In this document: positions 52,911-64,000 of the stretch, piece after piece
Layout of the letters: every line of letters starts with the position of its first letter
Numbering within the stretch: position 1 is the first letter of the stretch
NCBI GenBank assembly: GCA_951406725.2
Contig: OX597825.1
Coordinates: 7,068,001 to 7,132,000 of the forward strand
DNA from: Octopus vulgaris
Lineage: Eukaryota
DNA: 64,000 nucleotides
Direction: 5' to 3'
Position numbers and translations under genes: made by a program
Notes under the pieces: model-generated
Database searches by the model: none
What the model was told of the DNA's origin: nothing
Seen by the model: the letters and a program-made list of their open reading frames with translations, nothing else

Positions 52911-54925
52911 CGTACCTTCTATTCTGCACAGAAGTATCAAACATTTTAAATTTTGAAGAAAATATATTTTAAAATTTAATCTTTAGCATCCCGCAGGCAG
53001 CTGTTATTAGAAATGTTGTTGTTATTGTTGTTGTCATAAAACCTTAGCGTTTATTTTATTAGAAATATTTTTGGGATAAACCTTTTAACACTCAGGAAAT
53101 CATTTTCCCAAAGCAATGCCGATTCATTTTCTTCATATTGGAATCTACACATTAAAAGATTATTCTTTAATAATTTTAAAGGATTTTAGCAGTTGCACTT
53201 AATGTAATCTTGATTTCAGTTTTGTTTTTGTGAATTCTTCATTCCTTTTTTTTAAATTGCCCATCTCTTATCTCTTTAAAATATTATTCTATGTGGAATT
53301 GTCAAATTCCATAAACAGTTGTCGGGTTATAAATTATCTAAACTTTTAGTTATCATTATGTAGTCAGAAAAACTTATAAATTGAAACAAATATACTTTTA
53401 AATACAAAATAAACGAAAATATGGAAACGTATGGAGTTAAAAGGGTCTGGGGAATGTGAGTGAAAACGGTTTTTTAATCTGAAAACATTATGAAGATAAC
53501 ATTCTACTTGACATCCAGTATAATAATTTCATTCGCATCTATTATGCACTGTTGTAATTTAAATCTCTCTACTAGAAGGTTGGTTCTGTATTTTATTGAT
53601 CAAAATGGTAGAAAGTTAAAGTTGACCTTAGTGGAATCTGAACTATAAAGAACCATACTTAAATAGGTGCCATAAGGCAATTTTGGCTTATGATTGAAGA
53701 GTTCTGCTCATTCAAATATTGGAAACCCAAGTTTTAAGTTTAACGCTGAACTATTCAATTCTTTTATTAGAAATCATACAAAGTCACTTTTGTATCAAAT
53801 TGTATGACTCTCAGCATTTCATTCTAGTCATAATATTAGTTTCAAATTTTGGCACTAGGCATGCAATTTCATCGACTCTAGTATTTGACTGGTACTAATT
53901 TTAAGGACGAAAGGTAAATTTGATCTTGATGAAATTTGAACTCAGAATGTAGCAACAGATGAGAAGCTGTTAAGCATTTTGCTTTGTCTGCTAATGGTTC
54001 TGGCAGCTCACCAGCTTCATTCTAGTAGTAATATTGTTTTCTGCTAGCCCTTTTAGGGAGATAGATTAGTCAATTACATTGACCCCAGTACCAAAACCCT
54101 AAAGGATGAAAGGCAAAGTTGACATTGGCAAAATTTGAACCTGGAACAAAGAAATGCTGTCAGGAATTTTGTCCAACATGTTACTCATTCTGCCAGCTCA
54201 CTCTTTTCATCTTTGTGCCAATAACAAAAGCTTACCAGACAGTAGTGTCTCTGACTACAATGTTTAACTCTAATACTTACAGAGAGGAGACACATAGCCA
54301 GATTAAGGGACCGGGTTATGAAAGTAACAGAACAAGTTACGTCACAACTAATTAGAATGAAAACTAGCAGATGAGATGCAGTGCAGTTTAGTGTCAGGGC
54401 AGGATACAAACAATATCCTCTTCCGAGTGAAACAACTACACAAATTTTTTGCTAAAGAGTAAACCACTGTTTTCTACAGTCAGTGGTTGCTAAGATGAAT
54501 GTTAAGTGTGAGTCGTACAGTCTCATACAAGCCATTCTGTGTCATTAGCTAAGCAAGAACCATCAACGTGTTTAGAGAAGAATTTAATCTGCAAGTAGGT
54601 GTCTATTGGAATTCGGTTCTCAGTGCCTCATGTATATTATAGTTCGCCAGTACTAACAGAAGAATTTAAGCTGTTTGTAGGACTCTGTATGTCAATGACC
54701 ACAGCCTACTTTGTCAGAGAATGAGATGAGAAACTGCAAAAGGTGGCAGCAAGCCATATGACTAGAGGGTCTCAAAGAAAGCTGAACAATACTTATAAGT
54801 TTTATTGGACAAGCCAGAGGGCAAAAACTTGTTACCAGTTGAGAAATGGCCATATGCAGGAAAAAAGAAGATAGAAATTCAATATGGTGCATCTAACGTA
54901 AACTGTAGATGCTCTGAAGGTGTAA

Positions 54926-55362
54926 TGTAGTTGTAGAAAGGTTGATAAATAAAGAAAGACTTGTAGCAGACTGAATTGCCAAGCATGAGTCATGGATTAG
55001 ACATAACCACTTTGCATCATTGGCCGATTAACTGACCAATCAGCATTGAGCCACCATGTGATGCAACCTTCTAGAACCTTCTAGAATCCATGTGAAGGGG
55101 TTTATAAATAGATGAATTTTTAGCGCCGGAACTTCAGAATGTTGAAGGCTGCCGCTACGAAAACAACGTTCTTGTTTTCATTTTCCTGTTTATGCAAGAG
55201 CTTGTTTATGTAAGAGATGCACTGGGGGTGGGGTAGTGGTGGTGGTGGTAGGTGGGAATAAGCAGGAAGAAATTTTATGAAATAAATTCCTTCTAATATT
55301 CATAGGGTTCTCTAGAAGCTGTTGATACCTTTTGTTGTTCATGGAAAATAACCCCTACTATA
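54926..55362 (+). mobile_element. Possible solo LTR
   Basis: TGTAGT...ACTATA ends, CCAAT box, HSE, TATAAATA and a downstream AATAAA near 55281 in LTR order; no clear TSD. Confidence 0.4.
55019..55110 (+). promoter_or_regulatory. CCAAT boxes, four-unit heat-shock element and TATA box
   Basis: ATTGG 55019-55023, CCAAT 55036-55040, cTTCt-aGAAc-cTTCt-aGAAt 55068-55087, TATAAATA 55103-55110. Confidence 0.55.
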
Positions 55363-55510
55363 GGTGGGTGCCATGAAAGCAAAGTAACCAAAATACAAAG
55401 TGGGGTGGAGTGGGGTGGGGTGGAGGGGGCAGGGGGTTGTTATCTTTACTGGCAACAAAGGGATTCAAAGACAGCATCTGATGTTGATTGTTTGATTGAT
55501 GATTTTTTTC

Positions 55511-55744
55511 CCTTGTTTCAGTCACATGACTGTGGCCATGCTGGAGCGCCCCCTTTAGTCGAGCAAATCAACCCCAGGACTTATTCTTTGTAAACCTAGT
55601 ACTTATTCTATCGGTCTCTTTTGCCGAACCGCTAAGTTACGGGGACGTAAACACACCAGCATCGATTGTCAAACGATGTTGGGGGAACAAACACAAACTC
55701 ACAAATATATAGACACACATACACATATATACATATATATATAT

Positions 55745-55775
<31 letters not shown>

Positions 55776-55965
55776 CATATATGCATATATATATATATAT
55801 ATATACGACAGGCTTCTTTCAGTTTCCATCTACCAAATCCACTCACAAGGCTTTGGTCAGCCCGAGGCTATAGTAGAAGACACTTGCCCAAGGTGCCACA
55901 CAGTGGGACTGAACCCAGAACCATGTGGTTCGTAAGCAAGCTACTTACCACACAGCCACTCCTAC
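55511..55965 (-). mobile_element. SINE family A
   Basis: Full-length reverse copy. Confidence 0.9.
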
Positions 55966-56189
55966 ACTGTGAATAAAATATGATGACAGATGGCAGAAAT
56001 AAACGTTGAATGTATGATTTATGATGGAGGGGCAGAATGAGGTGAATATGCTTTGTGGATGTATTGTGGCAGGGTGGATGACCAACGTAGCTCAAAGAAG
56101 CTGAGATCAAAACTAGATATAACAAGAATCTGATGTAGATATGGGATAAATATGGAGGATTACAATTGGTTAAAAATTATATTCCAAGT

Positions 56190-56350
56190 TAACTAAATGG
56201 AAGAGGTTGACATGAAAAAATGGTGATGGCTGACCTCAAGACATTAAAGGCCACAGAAGAAATGTCAAGGGATTGCAAGCGTTGGTCAGAGATTGTCTTG
56301 GAGAAGATAGATTCATTTGAATATGTGAAAATGGACATTAAATTGAGAAT
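56190..56350 (+). mobile_element. RTE-like LINE extreme 3' fragment
   Basis: Translates to ..KMVMADLKTLKATEEMSRDCKRWSEIVLEK, resembling an RTE C-terminus, followed by a GAAAATGGACATTAAA tail. Confidence 0.5.
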
Positions 56351-56782
56351 TGTGATGCTTTACTTTACTGAAAATAATTAAATATAGAAAGAAAATATAA
56401 AATTTCAATAAACTTTAGATTTAATCAATTTAGTTATAGTAGAAAGTTATTTTATAATTAGTGCTCTTAATTAATGAACTATGTTTTAATTTGAGATTAA
56501 TTGATTAAAAAATTTTGAGAAACTGTAATTGTTTTAGTTATTATTCAATTCTACATAAGTCTTGAATATAGTTAAAGGTATTCTGGCCATGACCACCTCA
56601 TCTGTTTTCTAGATACTCTGTACTCAGAACTTATTTATCCAATGGTCCTCTTTTTCACAAGAGTGCAGAGTATCTAAAAATCTGAGAGATATTTAACTGC
56701 TATTTCTAGCAGGTTGAGAGACCACATAGAATCTTGTTCATTGTCCTTAGAGTTTTCTACATAATCAGTTGTTTAAAAGAGA

Positions 56783-57299
56783 CACCATTTGGCACCATTC
56801 AAGTGTGGTCGTTACCAGCGTCGCCTTACTGGCACTTGTGCCTGTGCTAGTAGGGTGCCAAGAGCACCATCCGAGCATGATCATTGCCAGAGCGGCTAAC
56901 TGGCTTCCATGCTGGTGACACATAAAAGGGCACCATTCGAGCGTGACTGTTGTCAGAGTGGCTAACTGGCTTCCATGTCAGTGGCTCGTAAAAGGGCACC
57001 ATTCGAGCATGATCATTACCAGCGTCACCTTACTGGCACCTATGCACGTGGCATGTGTAAAAAGATTTGAGTGAGATCATTGCTAGTACCACCTGACTGA
57101 CTCCCATGCCGGTGGCACATAAAAAGCACCCACTACATTCTTGGAGTGGTTGGCGTTAGGAAGGGCATACAGCTGTAGAAACTCTGCCAGATCAAGATTG
57201 GAGCCTGGTGTGGCTATCTGGTTCACCAGCCCTCAGTCAAAATCGTCCAACCCATGCTAGCATGGAAAGCGGACGTTAAACGATGATGATGATGATGAT
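56783..57299 (+). mobile_element. Family D retroposon with internal tandem units of about 65 bp
   Basis: Repeated GCACCATTCGAGC.TGATCATT.CCAG..TGGCAC.TAAAA units followed by the family D 3' end and (GAT)n. Confidence 0.85.
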
Positions 57300-58063
57300 T
57301 TGAACTAACAGACTTCGGTTCCCTCGACCACAACTGTAACCATTCCGCTCCAGTCAACTCAGACTTCCAAACAAGAATCACAACAAAATTCAGATATTTT
57401 TTCCGCCATAGTAATCAAATTTTTAAAACAGACATAAATTTTGAACATGTGTAAAACATGCAGCAGTAACATTTCATTTCCAATCTCAACCATACTTCAC
57501 TTAGCATAAATTATAATGGTGTAATAACTTGGAAAAAAAAAATTGCTTAAAATTCTTGCCTTAAGCAACATTATTTCAGTATTTTAACTTTGGAATAGAA
57601 ATTTGGAATTAACAATGTTTTTTTTTTTTATTCAAATTGGCCTATGTTCACCTTGGTTAATTTTTATTTTCTTACAATATAAATGGAATGCATTTTAAGA
57701 TGAAAACTACATGCTAAACATGATCTGGATTAATATTCGCTTTTTTTTACCTTTCTGTAGATTGAATGACATTTATTATGTGTAGCAACAAAGACATGTG
57801 TATGTGCAAGAATATTTATATGGGAATTTCGGTTTATATGGGAATATCTGTCTATTTGTTGATGCAAACAAGCAAGAATGTGAATCTATGCAAATGTCTA
57901 AGAGTTTGTGAAGCTGTGTGAATGGGTATTTACATGTTGCCTACGCAAAGCAAAGAAAATCAAATATCAGGATGTCAATAATGATAAGAATGTTGAAATT
58001 TGAATACCCTAACAGCCCCATGTTTGTCCTAGCCATATGAATAGCTCATCCTGCCTTTATTAC

Positions 58064-58465
58064 CTATTTCTTTACTACCCGCAAGGGGCTAAACACAGAG
58101 AGGACAAACAAGGACAGACAAACGGATTGAGTCGATTACATCGACCCCAGTGCGTAACTGGTACTTAATTTATCGACACCGAAAGGATGAAAGGCAAAGT
58201 CAACCTCGGCGGAATTTGAAGTCAGAACGTAATGACAGATGAAATACCTATTTCTTTACTACCCACAAGGGGCTAAACACAGAGAGGAAAAACGGATTAA
58301 GTCGATTATATCGATCCCAGTTCGTAACTGGTACTTATTTAATCGCCCCGAAAGGATGAAAGGCAAAGTTGACCTCGGCAGAATTTGAACTCAGAACGTA
58401 ATGGCAGACGAAATACTGCTGAGCATTTCGCCCGGCATGCTAACGTTTCTGCCAGTTTGCCACCC
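58064..58465 (-). mobile_element. SINE family B multimer: one head and two bodies
   Basis: Junction GAAATAC|CTATTTC on + at 58247/58248; the distal end also reads TAC|CTATTTC. Confidence 0.9.
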
Positions 58466-58984
58466 CTAATGCCATAGCATCTTCATCTTTGTGACTATCT
58501 TAGTCTTCATTTCTTCCATCAATGGACGGCCAAGCTCAAAACAGTTATTTCTTTTTTTCAATTCACACGTGTCACCGTGAGGAACATTGATAATAATTTG
58601 ATAAATTCACTCCTTGAGAAGATTACACGAGATGTTTTTTTTTTAAAGTTACCACAGCCAATACCATGCTGGAGCATTATTTTCATGAAAGAAAAAAATT
58701 GAAGGGAGAGCAGGGATAGAAACAACTAATATATCTCATGCATCAAAGATTTCCTGATTATTTTTCTTTTACAGACAAAAATTGCAACTGCCAAAAGAAA
58801 GGTTTGGAAGAATGAATGTTCCAAAGAAAGATGAATGAAATGAATAGAAAATGATTTGACAAAATTAAGAAGTGAAATACATGAGTTTGGCAATTTCAGC
58901 ATTCAGTGAAAGGCTCGTGAAATCATACATTTCAAGTGGATGTAATTTTCAAGATAAATCGAATAAGAATTGTTTTCAATGAAA

Positions 58985-59015
58985 TATCATATATACATAC
59001 GTAGATACATATACA

Positions 59016-59095
<80 letters not shown>

Positions 59096-59183
59096 TAGAT
59101 ATATATGTATGTATATATAAATATAAATATATATATATGTATATATATAACTGTACAATTATATACATATATATTTGTACAGT

Positions 59184-59217
<34 letters not shown>

Positions 59218-59229
59218 ATATATTACAGT

Positions 59230-59260
<31 letters not shown>

Positions 59261-59436
59261 TACAATTATATATATATATATTTGTACAGTTATATATAAA
59301 TATATATATATATATATATAATTGCACAATTATATATATATATATATAATTACAATTATATAAACTGTACAATTATATATATATATATTTGTACAGTTAT
59401 ATATAAATATATATATATATATATATAATTGCACAG

Positions 59437-59475
<39 letters not shown>

Positions 59476-59480
59476 GTTAG
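58985..59480. repeat. (TA)n/(GA)n microsatellite with inverted AACTGTACAA / TTGTACAGTT motifs
   Basis: Visible directly. Confidence 0.9.
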
Positions 59481-60070
59481 ATGAGCATGTAGGGTGAAGA
59501 ATCTATGTGCATTTATTTGTAATTATGTGCAAATATTTATGTATGTATGTGTTTGTTTATGAATAAATTTGTATCTAGGAGCACGTGTTAGTATATGTAT
59601 GTGTATGTGTGTGTATATGTGTGTGTATGCAAGTCCATAGACATACACTTGTGTACGTATCCACAGATATGTGAGTACGGATGCATTGTAATATGACATG
59701 TGATGCGCTTAACTTACGTAAGAAGGAAGTTGCGTCTGTGTTTTACTGTTAGAAGTAATCAATAGACCTTGCAGTGAAAAGCTACTCTGGTTCAGTACTT
59801 GACAACTACATAATAGCTGAAATAATTGATGGTATCATGTTAACCATTACAGCTAAAATAGCATTCTTTGAAAAGAGACTGCATTGAAGAAATATTGAGA
59901 TTTGGTTTTTCCGTTCAAAAATTTTGTTTTTGGTTTTATTGTCTTACTTGTTTGCACTTGTGCACACATGCCCTCCCACCACCACCACCACCACCGCTCG
60001 CACATGAATACACACGTCCACACTTACACACACATCAAGGTATATATTCCAGTATTGCGATATAATAATG

Positions 60071-60112
<42 letters not shown>

Positions 60113-60626
60113 GAAGCATTCAAATGATTCACAGAGGCATACAGTCAAAAAAAGTATGTAAGACATCCATTATATACGCTTATGAAATATTATTTTTATA
60201 AACACCTACACAAAACCATAATTTAAACCAGAAAATACTTAACACATAATAGCAGACTTGAAGGAATCGGTACGTACACACCCCACCACCACTACCACCA
60301 CCATCATCACCACCTCCATCATCATTGGCATTTAAACATCCATTTTTCCATTGTTGTTAAGTAACAAGACGGGTAAGGGTGATTAGGTGATGGTCTAGGG
60401 CTTAGGGGCAGGAGACCCCAGACTGTGGAAAAAAAAATTTTGGTCCTCTTGTTGTAGATAAGGGCTCTTCGTTGACGCTCGACACCACTTGGAGGTGGCT
60501 CTCGAAGTTGCTGGAAATGGAGATCTCCAGGTCCAAATTCTTGGACGGCATTTTTCCATTGTGGTATGTTAGGCAAATCTTGTTGAGCCAGATTCTCTGT
60601 GGTCAGATGCTTTTTTGGTCACTAAC

Positions 60627-60952
60627 CCTTGCACTCTGTCGATTACGATGACAAGGGTCCCACTTTATACGATCAATGGAACAGCTTGCTTGTGAAATTA
60701 AAGTGTAAGTGGCTGAGTACTCCACAGACACATGTACCCTTAAAGTAGTTCTCAGGGAGATTCAGCGTGTCACAGAATGTGACAAGGCTGACTCTTTGAA
60801 ATACAGGTACTATTCATTTTGGCCAGCTGAGTGGACTGGAGTGAAGTGAAATAAAGTGTCTTGCTCAAGCACATAATGCGTCACCGGGAATTGAACTCAC
60901 GACCTTACGATCATGAGCCGAATGCCCTAACCACTAAGCTACACATGCTCAC
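60627..60952 (-). mobile_element. SINE family C, full length
   Basis: Reverse copy with a tRNA-like head (GCTTAGTGGTTAGGGCATTCGG..GAGTTCAATTCCC) and CORE-like body. Confidence 0.85.
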
Positions 60953-61113
60953 ACTAACCCTTAATGTCTTACATTTAAGCTATTTTCATTCTAATGGTTC
61001 TTGAAACTGACAGAATTGGAGAATGCAAACAATGTCATCGTTTGTGATTAAGTGATGTTCATGAAGACATGCAGAAACAACATTCATTCACAGATACACA
61101 TGTATACATACAT

Positions 61114-61164
<51 letters not shown>

Positions 61165-61287
61165 TTCTCATCACAAATGGAGGTGAATATCAGTGTTGCT
61201 ATGTGGCATGTTTGAATAATTGTGAAGATCACTTCACATGAAACCATTGGTTGCCTTGTTATACAACAAATTAAGCATATGCATATA

Positions 61288-61320
<33 letters not shown>

Positions 61321-62479
61321 GCTTTATTTGGCGTTAGGAAGGGTTTCCAACTGCAGAAACCATACCAAAACAGATGTGGAGCCCAGGCAACTCTTAAGCT
61401 CTAATGTCTGCTTTGGTTTCTATGACTGGATAGCTTTCCCAATGCTAACCACATTACAGAGCATACTGGATACTTTTTCTATAACACTAACAGTAGTGAA
61501 ATTGCCATGTAATTCACAAGACAAAGAAAAATTGTCCCTCATCTGAGTGTGATTGTAGCAGAGAGTTAATGGCTTTAAGCCAAGTATTGAGAGTTTAAAT
61601 ATGATGGAGGAACAGGTATAGATGTCTTGCTGTAAAAGAGGTACATGGCCACTCCTACATTATATAAGAGTGAGTGGTAGCAGTTGGAATGCAGACCATG
61701 ATGGTTGTGAAGAGGTGTGAGAGCATATCAGAGAGAATAATGACAGAGTTGTGGAAAGGTTAGGTGGACGGGTTCATAAGAGTGTAAGAGGAGAGTGACA
61801 GATGGCCAGAGATGGGACTGGAGGTGAATGTAGTGGATGGAGCAAGAACATTGGTGTAGTTGATGATGAATATCTGTATGGGGGTGTTGAATAACTACGA
61901 GTGACTCAGGAAGGAAGAGGTGATGCGTGACAGTAGAGGAAGGGTGGAGAACAGCAGAAAATAGAGATGATGTGAGCAGTGTGAAAGTGGGGAGGCAAGA
62001 GAAACAGATGTATAGTGATATAGATGGATTTAGAGGTATGTGAGGGTTTCTACTGAGTGGAGGACAAAGGCGGTAGGTGTGAGGCCAACAACAGCAGATA
62101 TGGGAGTGGTGAGAATGACAGCAAATGCTAAATATATGGTACGGCAGTCCTAAGATGCAGCTCAGAGATAAATTATGGTGCAGAAAGGGATGAGTGGGGT
62201 AAAATAAAGTAGGGGAGTATGATACACAAAAATGGCAAATAGATTCTAAGTAGATGTGATTACAATGCGAGATGAATGTGACTGGTAGAAGAAAGAGGGA
62301 TAAAACATGGGCAATATTCTGCTCTTATATGATTATAGCAGCTGAACAGTGTTGCTTTTGGAAGAATGGCGAGTTGGGTGTTAGAAAGATGGAAATTAGG
62401 GAAGGCTTGGTTGGGACAGATTGGATGTAGAAGCAGGGCCAAGGGAGTGTGTAGACATAATTGCAAAGCTATTGGAACC

Positions 62480-63360
62480 TCCCTTTCACAGAGATAGACA
62501 GGCCTCTTGAGCACAGCAAATCACCAGTCATCTTGGCTCTTTGAGATCTCATTCATGAGTTACAATATCTTCGGTTCAAACTTTATCCCATGTCTTCCTG
62601 GGTATGTGTCTCCTTCTTTCATGATTTCCATCCATATATGATGACCAGCATATTCTTATACATACGTTCTCATTTATATGTATCACATGACCATACCGGG
62701 GCAATCTTTTTTTCTTGCACACTATATTTGATTTGTCTTATGCTCAATTTTTCTCTCAATGCATTGAGAGAAAAATTGAGCATAAAACGAATCAACATTC
62801 AGCGGAGGGTACTAGTCTTGTCCCTTTCTCATTTTTACAAGTCCTCTGCATCCATGGCCCTCATCATACTGTTATGTAGAACTGCTGTTTGTCCACAAGC
62901 ATCATACATTATAGCTTTCACTCTTAGAGAGAATCCCTTTCTTACCAACAGAAGTAATGGCTCTCTGAACTTTCCCCCCACTGTTATTATTCTAGCAACT
63001 ATCCTTTCAGAACATCCTCCTCCACTGTTAATTAGGTTTCCAATGTAATAAACACTAACCACTACCTCATGGGCATTGAAGAAAAATCACTTCTTGTGAT
63101 TTCTTGGTGTTCTTTGTGCTTCTGCACATCTGCCATATACACTCTATTTTCTATGGTAACCTTCTGGTGTAGCGTTAGCTTGCATTGAGTACTCTGTATG
63201 GAATTTCAACTAACATCTTTCTGATATACTGAGCAGGGCTATTTTACTGATGGAAGTAGAGTCCTGTCTGCTTACAAGAACTTCTATACCAGGAATTTCT
63301 TCCTAATTCAACTACAGATTCTTCTCTAAGAACAAAGCCATCAGTCTATAACAGCTCTTT
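62480..63360 (-). mobile_element. Decayed RTE-clade LINE, 3' part of the RT ORF
   Basis: Minus strand: ELL*TDGFV (decayed ELLYADDLV) at 63331-63357, a Cys-rich PCSV..NSIQSTQCKL segment, YIGNLINSGGGCSERIVARI..GKFRE..KGFSLRVKAIMYDAC..LH (ORF 62835-63062), then RLPRYGHV..PRKTWDKV. Confidence 0.85.
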
Positions 63361-63857
63361 TGGTGAGGTGGAACTGCAGTGAATGATATATCTAATGGCC
63401 TTCTTAAACTTCCCTGCTAATCAAAAATCCTTTTTTTATCTTTTCTTCATCTACATCTTAGATTATGTTTTATAAATTCCAGTCCCAAACCAGAAAAACC
63501 ATATGGTCTGACTGGTACTATTAATAAAAGAAATTAATAGCATTGATGTCATTTTTACTGCTTATATATATTTATTTCTTGGGTGTTTTGTCAAAATATT
63601 TATTCCCACACAGACATTTACTCTCATCTATACACAAATATTTATTGGATTCAGAAACATCCAAATCCTGGCTTCTTTCTTCCCCGTAAGATATTTTAAA
63701 TCATCTGTCCAATAACGAGTCTGTTCTGTCTCATTCTATTGTAAATATTTTGTATTTTTCCAGTCCAGAGGACATTTTAATGTTTGGCTGAGTTGATTCT
63801 CAATACAAAGGAATAAAACAACACAAATAAAACAAAAAAACAACCTCATTGATAAAG

Positions 63858-64000
63858 CGGCAATGTGTGGCTTACTGGTTAGTGTGTTGGATTCATGAGC
63901 GTAAGATTGTGGTTTCAATTCCTGCACTGGGTGATGTGTTGTGTTCTTGAGCAAGACACTTCATTTCATGTTACTCCAGTCCACTCAGCTGGCAAAAGTG
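63858..64000 (+). mobile_element. SINE family C, running off the window end
   Basis: Head plus TGTGTTCTTGAGCAAGACACTT..CTCCAGTCCACTCAGCTGGCAAAA. Confidence 0.8.

Noticed and set aside
60322-60576. 84-aa minus-strand ORF with higher GC
   Set aside because: No recognisable domain or splice context; it ends in a family D/RTE-like tail, so it is probably repeat-derived.

Overview
AT-rich, microsatellite-dense animal DNA, most likely an octopod cephalopod (inferred from the SINE families and the repeat landscape, not from a database match). I find no intact protein-coding gene: almost every ORF in the track is a microsatellite or SINE translation. The window looks like the inside of a very long intron, or intergenic DNA. 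It contains many copies of three tRNA-headed SINE families (labelled A, B, C here) and a (GAT)n-tailed family (D). It also holds decayed RTE-type LINE pieces, a DD41D (rosa-like) transposase remnant, a mariner derivative built from two 5' ends, two non-autonomous Helitrons, a Helentron/HINE-like element, hAT- and piggyBac-like MITEs, foldbacks, a 3'-truncated intron-containing tRNA-Leu(CAA), a Penelope-type minimal hammerhead ribozyme and a probable solo LTR with a perfect heat-shock element. The most notable signals are: a candidate recursive splice site (polypyrimidine-CAG|GTGAGT, minus strand, 4506-4535); SINE-B multimers joined at the same nucleotide at three separate loci; and a LINE C-terminus carrying three C2H2 fingers. 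The 24-30 kb region may contain assembly or polishing artefacts. All alignments and translations were done by eye, and repeat boundaries are approximate.
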